This document shows positions 36,961 through 45,255 of a stretch of 59,974 nucleotides of DNA, one piece after another (the first letter of the stretch is position 1; each line of letters starts with the position of its first letter). The stretch lies in assembly GCA_964611805.1 (NCBI GenBank), contig CAZTBG010000002.1, forward strand, positions 3,053 through 63,026. The letters run 5' to 3'. The notes under the pieces were generated by a model. The model did not search any database. It was not told the origin of the DNA and was given only the letters and a program-made list of their open reading frames with translations. A program made the translations under genes and the position numbers. This stretch comes from an uncultured Dehalococcoidales bacterium. Its GTDB lineage: Bacteria > Chloroflexota > Dehalococcoidia > Dehalococcoidales > Fen-1064.

Positions 36961-37204
36961 AGAAAGAGTCGTATTACCCCATCTCCACAGGCTATTCTTC
37001 GTCCTCGCCCAGCAGATAGATGCCGCCGGCAATATGCTATGGCCGGTCAACGGAGTGCTATTTGCGACAGGTGGGGCAAATTCCATCGCCTGTGATGGAT
37101 ACGGCGGCATCGTTGTCGCCTGGGGCGAATAGCGAAGGTCATATGTCCAAAGAATAAATACTGAAGATAATTTACTATGGGGGAACAAAAGGAATCAGGC
37201 TTAA
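36950..37204 (+). pseudogene. Start-less relic of a YAQxIDxxGxxLW-repeat protein, paralogous to the anti-sigma ectodomain (42275..43576)
   Basis: One frame reads ..FVLAQQIDAAGNMLWPVNGVLFATGGANSIACDGYGGIVVAWGE*RRSYVQRINTEDNLLWGN..; compare GIYAQHIDAEGNLLWGDG..DGGGGAVIYW in the anti-sigma factor; in-frame TAG 37130. Confidence 0.45.
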
Positions 37205-37224
37205 TCCATAAACGTGAGGGTGAA

Positions 37225-38628
37225 ATGAAAAATAGAAAAGTATTTTACCTGGCCATGATTATATTGATAGCAGCTACAATTAGTTTGCCAGTTGGTTGCA
37301 GTAAAGAAACTGATAGAATTGTCGAAATTGATTGGGTTGATTTCATTAAGTTTAACGACATCACTTATCTTCGTACCGTCCAATCATTACCTTACTCCGA
37401 AGAAGAACTGGAATATTTTGACGAAATTCGGTTCAGAGTGGAGGGTAACATCAACACCCCGGATTACGAGAGTAAAAATGGTGACGCCGCCTACCTCGAT
37501 GAAGGAACTCGAATCTATTCTATAAGGGGCTACTCACCTGATTTCCGTCTGGTGGCCGAAACAGGGACGGAATTACTCCTTTTTGAAGCCGATACCAATC
37601 CCGCTGCCGAAACAGGGGCGGACCTGCTGGATATCGGAGGAAAGGTCGAATACATCGGGATTAACGACCCGGTTGACGGGAAAACCGAACTGGCTTCGAT
37701 TACAGAGCCGGACCTGGTTTCCAGTCTGGTCGAGATGGTACTCGAAGCGGCGGTTGACCAGACTGTCCGCTCAAGTGGAACCCAGATTTTTATCGAATTT
37801 CATCTCAGGGATGGTACTAAGGTAAACCGCAGTTTCTGGGCTGGCACCGGAGAACTGCATAGAGGGATAATGCTTCCAGATGATTTCTGGGAGACAATAA
37901 AACCGCTCATTCCCGCCGCTCCCGGGCTTGACGGCACTCAATGGTCGCTGATTGAAATCAATGGAAAAGAAATCATTGAAGGTTCCTATATCAGCCTGTA
38001 CTTCCGTAACGGGTCCGTGCAGGGCTTTGCCGGCTGCAACACCTATGGAGCAGGCTACTCCACTGAAGAACCCGGTATACTGGAAATTCAGATGCTCACT
38101 ATGACTGCAATGGCCTGTTATTTCCCTCTAGGGGTGCTCGAACAGGAGGAGGAATATGTCGAGACCCTCAGTAATGGCGCCCACTATAGCATTACCTACA
38201 ATGAACTGGAGATTTACGGTCCCGGTAATGAAAAACTGCTGGCATTTGAAAAGATACCGGAATACTCTATGAACCCTGCCGACCTTGTCGGCACGAGCTG
38301 GAAGCTTGTCTCAATGAACGGAGACCATGTTATCGAAGGCCTGTCCATCACTCTCACCTTCGAAAGCGATAGTGAGGCCTCCGGGCGTGCCGGTTGTTTC
38401 GACTATGTGCTTCACTACACAGCCAGCGGTGATGATATCGGATGGGGAATGACTACCAGAAGGGATGGCGAGCTTCCCCAGGAACTCGAGAGACAGGCCC
38501 TTAGGTATACCGATAGCGTAATGTGGGTCGCCAACTATCGCCTTACCTCAGACAGGCTGGAATTGCACACCTCAAAGGGAGATACACTGGTCTACGAACC
38601 TCTTGAAAATTCTGACGGAGTTGAATAA
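37225..38628 (+). CDS. Lipoprotein with two META (HslJ-like) domains
   Basis: ATG 37225 after GAGGGTG; lipobox LPVGC; LDGTQWSLIEINGKEI..GFAGCNTYGAGY and LVGTSWKLVSMNGDHV..GRAGCFDY. Confidence 0.75.
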   Translation: MKNRKVFYLAMIILIAATISLPVGCSKETDRIVEIDWVDFIKFNDITYLRTVQSLPYSEEELEYFDEIRFRVEGNINTPDYESKNGDAAYLDEGTRIYSIRGYSPDFRLVAETGTELLLFEADTNPAAETGADLLDIGGKVEYIGINDPVDGKTELASITEPDLVSSLVEMVLEAAVDQTVRSSGTQIFIEFHLRDGTKVNRSFWAGTGELHRGIMLPDDFWETIKPLIPAAPGLDGTQWSLIEINGKEIIEGSYISLYFRNGSVQGFAGCNTYGAGYSTEEPGILEIQMLTMTAMACYFPLGVLEQEEEYVETLSNGAHYSITYNELEIYGPGNEKLLAFEKIPEYSMNPADLVGTSWKLVSMNGDHVIEGLSITLTFESDSEASGRAGCFDYVLHYTASGDDIGWGMTTRRDGELPQELERQALRYTDSVMWVANYRLTSDRLELHTSKGDTLVYEPLENSDGVE

Positions 38629-38651
38629 AAATCCACAACAGGAGGTGAAAA

Positions 38652-39782
38652 ATGAAAAAACTAATCTCCATTATCATGCTGGCCCTGATGTTAGCAACTA
38701 CTCTTATATCGCAAACAGGCTGTGGAAAAGAGGCAGAAGACTCAACGTCCGAATCAAACCGCTTCCTGGAGCTCTTGAGCATAGTACCGGTCAATGATAA
38801 TACGCTCAAAGTAGTATATCTTAACGACAGAGAGTATTTTACGGCGAAAAAGGAGCAATATCCACAGATTCCGCTTGAGTATGCCATAGGTAAGGCTCAA
38901 CTATTGACCGGAGGTCACTCTTACGATGCGGAAGAGTGGAAAGAGACGCTCACATTCACCCTCGAAGACGTCAAGCAGAGCATATATGCCGGTATCACTC
39001 CTTCTAATTATTACGAGGCGGTACGCGCAGATTTCAGTCGGGAAGAAGTTGATAATGCGATGAAAACCGGCCCGTTAAACGACATACTCGAGATAATGTC
39101 CTATCAAGGACATGAATTCTACAGCTGGGGCGGCGACAACGAAATGGACTTTTCAAGGCACAGCAACGTGCGCTGGTTAGGACAGGGCCATAGACTGGCA
39201 CTACTGGATGATTTCCTCTTCTGGGTTACCTGGACTGATGGCTTAAAGGAAATGATAGACAGCTACGACGATAGAATCGACTCGCTGGCCGACGTCGAAG
39301 AATACAAGCTGCTGGCAGACGGGCTTATAGAGCTCGATGTATGCAACGCGTTTTTCTCCACCCAGTCTCAATCACACAGCAGCATCACAGAATGGCTGCA
39401 GCAGGACCCCTCCTTTAATTATGAACAACCTGAGGTATACCAGCGTTTTCTTGAATCAATTGAGGAAACGGTCCGCCTGGAGCCTTACCAGGCGTTCGCC
39501 ACCGGAGGCGGCCTCGATGAGCACGGCTTCTATATGGCGATAGTGCTGGTGAACCCTGACGACGAGGTTGCCCGGAGCAACGCAACTCTGCTTGAGCAAC
39601 GAATCAATCAAACAGAGAGTGTATGGCGGGGCCTTCAATGGTCAGACCTTATTGAGAGCATGGAGATTCAGAGTGAAGGTCGACTTACTCTGGCCAGGCT
39701 TTACGGCCCTATTTGCGAGTACTGGACCTGGTTTAATATGTATGGTGAGAGTGGATATGAACCCCTACTCGTGTGGGAATAA
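38652..39782 (+). CDS. Hypothetical lipoprotein
   Basis: Signal peptide with lipobox SQTGC; GGAGG RBS upstream. Confidence 0.65.
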   Translation: MKKLISIIMLALMLATTLISQTGCGKEAEDSTSESNRFLELLSIVPVNDNTLKVVYLNDREYFTAKKEQYPQIPLEYAIGKAQLLTGGHSYDAEEWKETLTFTLEDVKQSIYAGITPSNYYEAVRADFSREEVDNAMKTGPLNDILEIMSYQGHEFYSWGGDNEMDFSRHSNVRWLGQGHRLALLDDFLFWVTWTDGLKEMIDSYDDRIDSLADVEEYKLLADGLIELDVCNAFFSTQSQSHSSITEWLQQDPSFNYEQPEVYQRFLESIEETVRLEPYQAFATGGGLDEHGFYMAIVLVNPDDEVARSNATLLEQRINQTESVWRGLQWSDLIESMEIQSEGRLTLARLYGPICEYWTWFNMYGESGYEPLLVWE

Positions 39783-39848
39783 CAATCACAAGATGTTAGG
39801 TCAAGAGAAAACTATAAGTCAGCTCTCCTCGTCAAGACAATAGCTGAT

Positions 39849-39869
39849 GGGCCAAGGAGGCCTTGGCCC
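39849..39869 (+). terminator. Perfect 9-bp stem hairpin, terminator-like but without U-tract
   Basis: GGGCCAAGG-agg-CCTTGGCCC between the 38652 and 39893 genes. Confidence 0.3.
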
Positions 39870-39892
39870 CCTGATACTCCTATAAAAAGGAG

Positions 39893-41239
39893 ATGGCGGT
39901 GTCGCATTCTAAATCCAGGTCTATTGTAATAATAGGCTTGATTTTAGCAATTAGCTTGGTATTAATTCAGGTAGCCGGATGTTCTAAAGCACCTCCTCCT
40001 GTTTACTTCATACAGGTCTTTAAAGCAAGACCAGTACTACCACCCAGTTTTGCTGAGGGTATCTGGATTATGCCACCAAACCCTAATCCAGAGCATGTAC
40101 AGGAAGTATTAAATCCGGGGGATAAAATATACATCGGTCTCGTTATCAACAGAGAGAACAAAGAGAATATAACATTTTCCAAGTATACAATCTTTGGGAG
40201 AGATACCGGCCAAGAGATTGAAGTCGGGGTTCCTGGTGAACTAGGGCCATTTGAACCGGGGCGAATCGCAGAAGTCGCTTTTGACAATCCATGGGCTGTC
40301 CCCGAACAACTGGGAATCTATGAATTGCGTGTATACATGGGTGACGAGGTAGTGGCTTCAGCAGTATTTGAGGTGAAAAAGCATGACCCGATAGACTCCA
40401 TCGGGGTATCTAGAGCAAGGCCGGGTGACCCTCCAAGCCTCGGTCAGATTGAACCGAAAACCCCTCACCCGGACTTTGTGCAAGAAGTACTCAGCCCTGG
40501 GGACAAAATATATCTCGGACTTGTAATAAACGATGAGAACAAAGAGGCAATTACATTCTCTAAATATACGTTCTACGAAAAGGCAACTGGTCGGGAACTA
40601 GTACTGGAAACCACCGACGATTTAGGACCATTTCAGCCAGGACAAATAACCCTGATTGCTTTTGACCATCCCTGGCCGGTGCCTGAACAACCGGGTATCT
40701 ATGAAGTAAGAATTTACATGGGTAACGATATTGTAGCCTCAGCCCTCTTTTTAGTCACCTGTAATAGATTCTACTCAGACAAATATGATATAGAAGTCCA
40801 GTTGCCATCCGGTTGGGCAGCCGTAGAGGGACCGGAGAACCTGGTTCTCCCACGTTATGAAGGGCTGGTAGCTTTTAATAGCTGGGGGCAGGATGACTTC
40901 TGGGCTCGTGGGGTAAATTATGATACCGATACACACTCTATCATATACAGCCCGTATGTAGTAGCAGCCCAGGTACCAAACGGTGGAGCCTACGTGGCTC
41001 TAGTGGAAATCAGTGGTCCGCCATACATTAATCACCCACCACCTGAATACGAATTAGGCGACCTGAGTGGACTATATCAACCGCATGATTGGCGAGAAGT
41101 TGGCGCATCTGCTTGCTTCAAGACGTTTTATAGAAATGGGATACAATTGCAATTGGAGATTTATTGCCATCCAGATGCATCGGATGAGACCGTCACGGAG
41201 CTCAATGATTTGCTACGAAGCTGGAGGTTCGTCCGGTAA
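39893..41239 (+). CDS. Lipoprotein with an internally duplicated module of about 125 aa
   Basis: Lipobox QVAGC; VQEVLNPGDKIYIGLVINRENKENITFSKYT..GIYELRVYMGDEVVASAVFEV repeats as VQEVLSPGDKIYLGLVINDENKEAITFSKYT..GIYEVRIYMGNDIVASALFLV. Confidence 0.7.
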   Translation: MAVSHSKSRSIVIIGLILAISLVLIQVAGCSKAPPPVYFIQVFKARPVLPPSFAEGIWIMPPNPNPEHVQEVLNPGDKIYIGLVINRENKENITFSKYTIFGRDTGQEIEVGVPGELGPFEPGRIAEVAFDNPWAVPEQLGIYELRVYMGDEVVASAVFEVKKHDPIDSIGVSRARPGDPPSLGQIEPKTPHPDFVQEVLSPGDKIYLGLVINDENKEAITFSKYTFYEKATGRELVLETTDDLGPFQPGQITLIAFDHPWPVPEQPGIYEVRIYMGNDIVASALFLVTCNRFYSDKYDIEVQLPSGWAAVEGPENLVLPRYEGLVAFNSWGQDDFWARGVNYDTDTHSIIYSPYVVAAQVPNGGAYVALVEISGPPYINHPPPEYELGDLSGLYQPHDWREVGASACFKTFYRNGIQLQLEIYCHPDASDETVTELNDLLRSWRFVR

Positions 41240-41254
41240 ATACAGGAGGCATAG

Positions 41255-41683
41255 ATGAGAGGTCTGGTGTGGGCTATTGTGCAGGTGATTTCCGGAGCAA
41301 TGGTCATATTATTTTCCTCGATATTGGCACAAGCCAAGGCAAGCCTGTTCACGCCACTACCCGGAAGCCTTTACTATCCACCCCCGGATTTCATTTTAGA
41401 GTTCGTGCTGGCGTTCCTCGGTCCTGTAATTGTCACCATTGGCTACCTGCAACGTAGAATGCGTGCAAAGTTTGCCGGTCTACAGGTGATTTTTGGGCTG
41501 GTAATTACCATTATCTCCATGCCTCTGGGAACAAGAGCGGTCACACTGGGGCATGGTGGGTATTCTGCGATTTATTATGTTGTATACCTGCTTCTGATTC
41601 CCGGTCTTGCGGTATCGTTACTCGGGATTGTCCAACTTGTGATGGTGGTTATCTATCGGTCAACAATTAATTCATCGAAGTGA
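41255..41683 (+). CDS. Integral membrane protein
   Basis: 142-aa ORF with four hydrophobic segments. Confidence 0.6.
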   Translation: MRGLVWAIVQVISGAMVILFSSILAQAKASLFTPLPGSLYYPPPDFILEFVLAFLGPVIVTIGYLQRRMRAKFAGLQVIFGLVITIISMPLGTRAVTLGHGGYSAIYYVVYLLLIPGLAVSLLGIVQLVMVVIYRSTINSSK

Positions 41684-41726
41684 ACCTTTTCCTCTCTGCA
41701 GGACTATCATTATTTAAGAGAGCATT

Positions 41727-42278
41727 ATGCAGGACTTGATTAGGGAATGGCAGTCTGGTGATACTGAAGCTTTCGCCTCGCTATTCCGCCAGTATGAGAA
41801 GATGGTCTATAGAACAGCCTATCTCATTACTGGTGACAGTGAGGCTGCGAAAGACGTCTTGCAGGAGGTATTCCTGTCCGTATGGAAGTCTCGACGCAGC
41901 TTTAACCCTGAGTTAGCCAAATTTACCACCTGGCTTCACCGCATCACGGTTAACAAGTGTTCCAGAATCCGCAGGAAGAAAAACATATCCTTTCTCTCTC
42001 TAGAGGAAGTGAAGGGAAAAAATCTGCAACCGAATGAGAACCCTGCCTCCGTTGAAGAGGCAATGATAAGCAGGGTGGAATATGATAACTTTTTACACGC
42101 CTTGAATGAACTGGACAGCAAGCACCGCACGGTGGTGGTGCTGCGTTACTTTAACGATTTGTCCTGTAACGAGGTCGCCAGTATTACCGGTATTCCCCTG
42201 GGAACGGTTAAATCCAGACTGCACTATGCTCTGAAATCCCTACGTCAAACCCTTTTTGCTGAAGAAGGTGGCTCATGA
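41727..42278 (+). CDS. ECF (RpoE-like) sigma-70 family sigma factor
   Basis: Region 2 (WLHRITVNKCSRIRR) and region 4 (VVVLRYFNDLSCNEVASITGIPLGTVKSRL). Confidence 0.9.
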   Translation: MQDLIREWQSGDTEAFASLFRQYEKMVYRTAYLITGDSEAAKDVLQEVFLSVWKSRRSFNPELAKFTTWLHRITVNKCSRIRRKKNISFLSLEEVKGKNLQPNENPASVEEAMISRVEYDNFLHALNELDSKHRTVVVLRYFNDLSCNEVASITGIPLGTVKSRLHYALKSLRQTLFAEEGGS

Positions 42279-43576
42279 ACTGCGATGATATAGAAGAATT
42301 ACTAATGGCATACCTTGATGGCAACGTTACGTCCGAAGAGCAGGCGGAGGTTATCAACCACCTGAATTCCTGCCCGCACTGCCGCAGGGAAATCGAGTTA
42401 TTAAGAATAACGAAGAAAAGCCTCGGCAATGCCATGAAGCTTGCGGCATCGCGGGTCGACCCCCCTTCCGGGTCATGGCAAATAATAGCTGAAAAGGCAG
42501 GCATTAAAGCCAGAGACAAGCAGGCATTTTACCCCAGACACGGCCTGGCATGGCCAGTAGTACCCCTTTCTATCCTGATAGTGGCCGTCCTTACAATTAG
42601 TCTCTTTATCATCCCAGGTCTTGGTTTCGGAGCGCGGAAAGTAGATCCCCCCTCAATTATTAGCGATAGTTACGGCGGGGCTATACTGGCCTGGATAGAT
42701 GAACTATACGGCAGGGGGATTTATGCCCAGCATATAGATGCAGAGGGCAATTTGCTCTGGGGTGACGGTACACTGATACGCTGTGATATAGATGGACTTC
42801 CGTACATAGCCAACGATGGGGGAGGCGGAGCCGTCATATACTGGCAATACAGGCATGCATACTATGCCCAGCATATAGGCTCCTCTGGCGATATTCTGTG
42901 GGATAAGGGTGGCATGCCTTTAGATGATGTTCCCCCTGAGTATGCTTCGATTCCAACCAGCTCCGGCTGGCAATTAAGCCATGATGTAAAAGCCATATCT
43001 GTCTCCGGAGCACGGGTAGTCGTCATCTATAAAAACCCGTCCTTTGATACCTTGGGCTATTCCCGTGCCATTGATGATGGCACGGGCGGGGTAATCGTGG
43101 CTTCAAGAGCCGGCGAGGGTAGGAGCTTGGCGCAGACGTATTCGGTTTATGCCCAGCGAATAGATGCCACAGGCAAGCGCTTGTGGGGAGAAGGAGGCTT
43201 AGAAGTACAATATATTGGTTCATCTCCCCTATTATTGATAATAGCTGCCCTGGTAATTATATTTACTTCACTAATAATCTTCGGCTTTTACCGGGGAAGC
43301 GAACTGGCGCGGACGTTAACCGCCATAAGTGCGGTACTAATCAGTAGCACGGCTCTTTTCGGTTGTGAGTTGATATTTTTTCCCCTAAACCATCCCTGGT
43401 TCTATATTACAAATGTACCTGTGAACACAGTGGCAACATCTGCTATTGCTATAGTAGGGCTCATCCTCGCCACATTTGGTTTTCTTAAAAAAACCAGCAG
43501 CAGATGGGCAACGACTCCCATCATGCTCTACTGTCTGTTGGTAGTGGCTTTGGTTGTGTTCTTATTCTTTTCGTGA
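42275..43576 (+). CDS. Anti-sigma factor (zf-HC2) with repeat ectodomain and C-terminal polytopic membrane region
   Basis: HLNSCPHC zinc motif; TM segment; three YAQxIDxxGxxLW repeats; four C-terminal hydrophobic segments; 4-nt overlap with the sigma gene. Confidence 0.8.
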   Translation: MNCDDIEELLMAYLDGNVTSEEQAEVINHLNSCPHCRREIELLRITKKSLGNAMKLAASRVDPPSGSWQIIAEKAGIKARDKQAFYPRHGLAWPVVPLSILIVAVLTISLFIIPGLGFGARKVDPPSIISDSYGGAILAWIDELYGRGIYAQHIDAEGNLLWGDGTLIRCDIDGLPYIANDGGGGAVIYWQYRHAYYAQHIGSSGDILWDKGGMPLDDVPPEYASIPTSSGWQLSHDVKAISVSGARVVVIYKNPSFDTLGYSRAIDDGTGGVIVASRAGEGRSLAQTYSVYAQRIDATGKRLWGEGGLEVQYIGSSPLLLIIAALVIIFTSLIIFGFYRGSELARTLTAISAVLISSTALFGCELIFFPLNHPWFYITNVPVNTVATSAIAIVGLILATFGFLKKTSSRWATTPIMLYCLLVVALVVFLFFS

Positions 43577-43646
43577 ATTCCAGCAATTTAATTAATACCC
43601 ACTATGCTCATCCAATAAAGACAGAAGAGAGTAAAATGGCTGAAGA

Positions 43647-44081
43647 ATGAGGAGATTGATAATGAGAAGACTAGGCGTATATCTAATAATTTGCTCTCTT
43701 ATTATCCTTGGTGGCTGTAATAATAGCACTACGCCACAAGATGCTAACTCAGTGTTAATACCGCCTTGGCCGGATGCCGAGGTGTTTTATGACGAAACTA
43801 CAGTAATAAACATTAACCTTCGGGATGAATTCATTATCAGATATGATTACTACCACAATCTTTTTCCGATTTTTGAAGAGACTTACGACCCAAACAGTGT
43901 TAGGCTTCTGAAAAAATCGTGGGAAAGCACATCAGGACCGACAGATGGGAATGGGATTAAGTGGTACTTGTTTCAAGCAATAAAAGAAGGCGATACCGAG
44001 ATAACAATAAAACTATTCACTCATCAAAGCGATGTAGTACAGGATCAAAAGACGTTCAAGGTCAAGATTGTTCAACCCTAA
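43647..44081 (+). CDS. Small hypothetical lipoprotein
   Basis: Signal peptide with lipobox ILGGC. Confidence 0.6.
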   Translation: MRRLIMRRLGVYLIICSLIILGGCNNSTTPQDANSVLIPPWPDAEVFYDETTVININLRDEFIIRYDYYHNLFPIFEETYDPNSVRLLKKSWESTSGPTDGNGIKWYLFQAIKEGDTEITIKLFTHQSDVVQDQKTFKVKIVQP

Positions 44082-44132
44082 TACCACTTGCTTAACGCCA
44101 TTATTGTGTACCTTAGGCTGGTGAGGTCATAT

Positions 44133-45110
44133 ATGAGATTTAATAGGTTCAGAGCTATATTATTTTTGCTTATACTCATGGCACCATGTTTGTTGTATAG
44201 CAGCTGTGAAACTACCCCTTTATCACTGGATATAAATGACCCTACAGACGGTAGTATTCTGAAAACAAACCTTATTAGGGTAACTGGTACCGTCTCAAAT
44301 CCAGAGGCAACGGTTATGATAAATGAACAGGAAGCTCACGTGGCTAATGATGGCTCTTTTTACGCGTATGTAGAATTATCAGAAGGAGATAATACTGTCG
44401 AAGCAGTCGCCAGACTGGGGAGAGAATCAGTTGAGACATCTGTAAACGTGATATTCTATCCATCATTGGCGGTTTATTTGCGTCTTCCTGAATCCTCAGA
44501 ATACGATAAACCATTCCTGGAAGTTCCCATAACCGTCACTGGCTATGTCTTTCCGCCTAATGCATCGGTCAGGGTGGGTGAGAATCAAGTACAGGTCGAT
44601 GAAGATGGGAGCTTCTCTTCTCAAGTGCAACTGCAAGAGGGCAATAATATTGTTAGAGTGGAAGCCGTGCTGGATGACGAGGATGACACCTATCGTTATA
44701 TAATCGGGGTTGAAGAAGGAGACATATTATTCCCACCGGGACAAGGACTGGAATATACATCAAGATTCTCTTATGAGCATGCAGTTGTAATTGAAGCAGG
44801 TGAGACAGAAATTATAATAGATGTATCTGCAGACATCAGAAAGGATATTGCTGAGCCAGGAGAATTAAGTTGTGATATTTACATGGTGGAAGCAGAATAT
44901 AGCGAGGAAGAAGTCCCTATGCCGGTGGGCCTGGAGGTCAGTATTGAGCCTTCTTGCTTTACCGTATATCCCAATACTACATATCACATAACGATAAGCA
45001 TAACAACAACTCCAGAACTTACTCCCGGTGAGTATTTCCTTCGTTTTGAGCAGAATTTTGAAAGCAGATTCTGGTCTGGAGGATGGATTCGAGTCACTAT
45101 TGAGCCATAG
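44133..45110 (+). CDS. Secreted/lipoprotein with two tandem Ig-like beta-sandwich repeats
   Basis: ATG 44133, lipobox LYSSC; VTGTVSNPEATVMINEQEAHVANDGSFYAYVELSEGDNTVEAVA repeats as VTGYVFPPNASVRVGENQVQVDEDGSFSSQVQLQEGNNIVRVEA. Confidence 0.6.
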   Translation: MRFNRFRAILFLLILMAPCLLYSSCETTPLSLDINDPTDGSILKTNLIRVTGTVSNPEATVMINEQEAHVANDGSFYAYVELSEGDNTVEAVARLGRESVETSVNVIFYPSLAVYLRLPESSEYDKPFLEVPITVTGYVFPPNASVRVGENQVQVDEDGSFSSQVQLQEGNNIVRVEAVLDDEDDTYRYIIGVEEGDILFPPGQGLEYTSRFSYEHAVVIEAGETEIIIDVSADIRKDIAEPGELSCDIYMVEAEYSEEEVPMPVGLEVSIEPSCFTVYPNTTYHITISITTTPELTPGEYFLRFEQNFESRFWSGGWIRVTIEP

Positions 45111-45255
45111 TGAACTATGGCTGCAGATAGTATCGTGATGTTGAACTTCCTCGTTGACGGAACAATAATGTTGTGTGAGATAATATACGGCTTTACCAAC
45201 ATCGGATGCATCCGCTGCGCACCTATCCAATATAGAACATAGAATGTGGTGAAAA

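Noticed and set aside
37130-37132. In-frame TAG codons of the three relics (37130, 34231, 22734) as recoded or read-through codons
   Set aside because: All three fragments lack start codons and N-terminal domains. One also has an in-frame TAA. TAG is used as an ordinary stop by intact genes in the window (for example 3185-3187 and 6923-6925).
36952-37188. 78-aa minus-strand ORF
   Set aside because: The plus strand here carries a frame with clear paralogy to the anti-sigma ectodomain repeat, and the minus-strand product has no features.
43647-44081. Chagasin/I42-type protease inhibitor call, which would pair nicely with the dead protease
   Set aside because: The overall size and a GxxG..W..F.A...G.T motif are suggestive, but the diagnostic NPTTG and RPW loops are absent. 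It is kept as a hypothetical lipoprotein.
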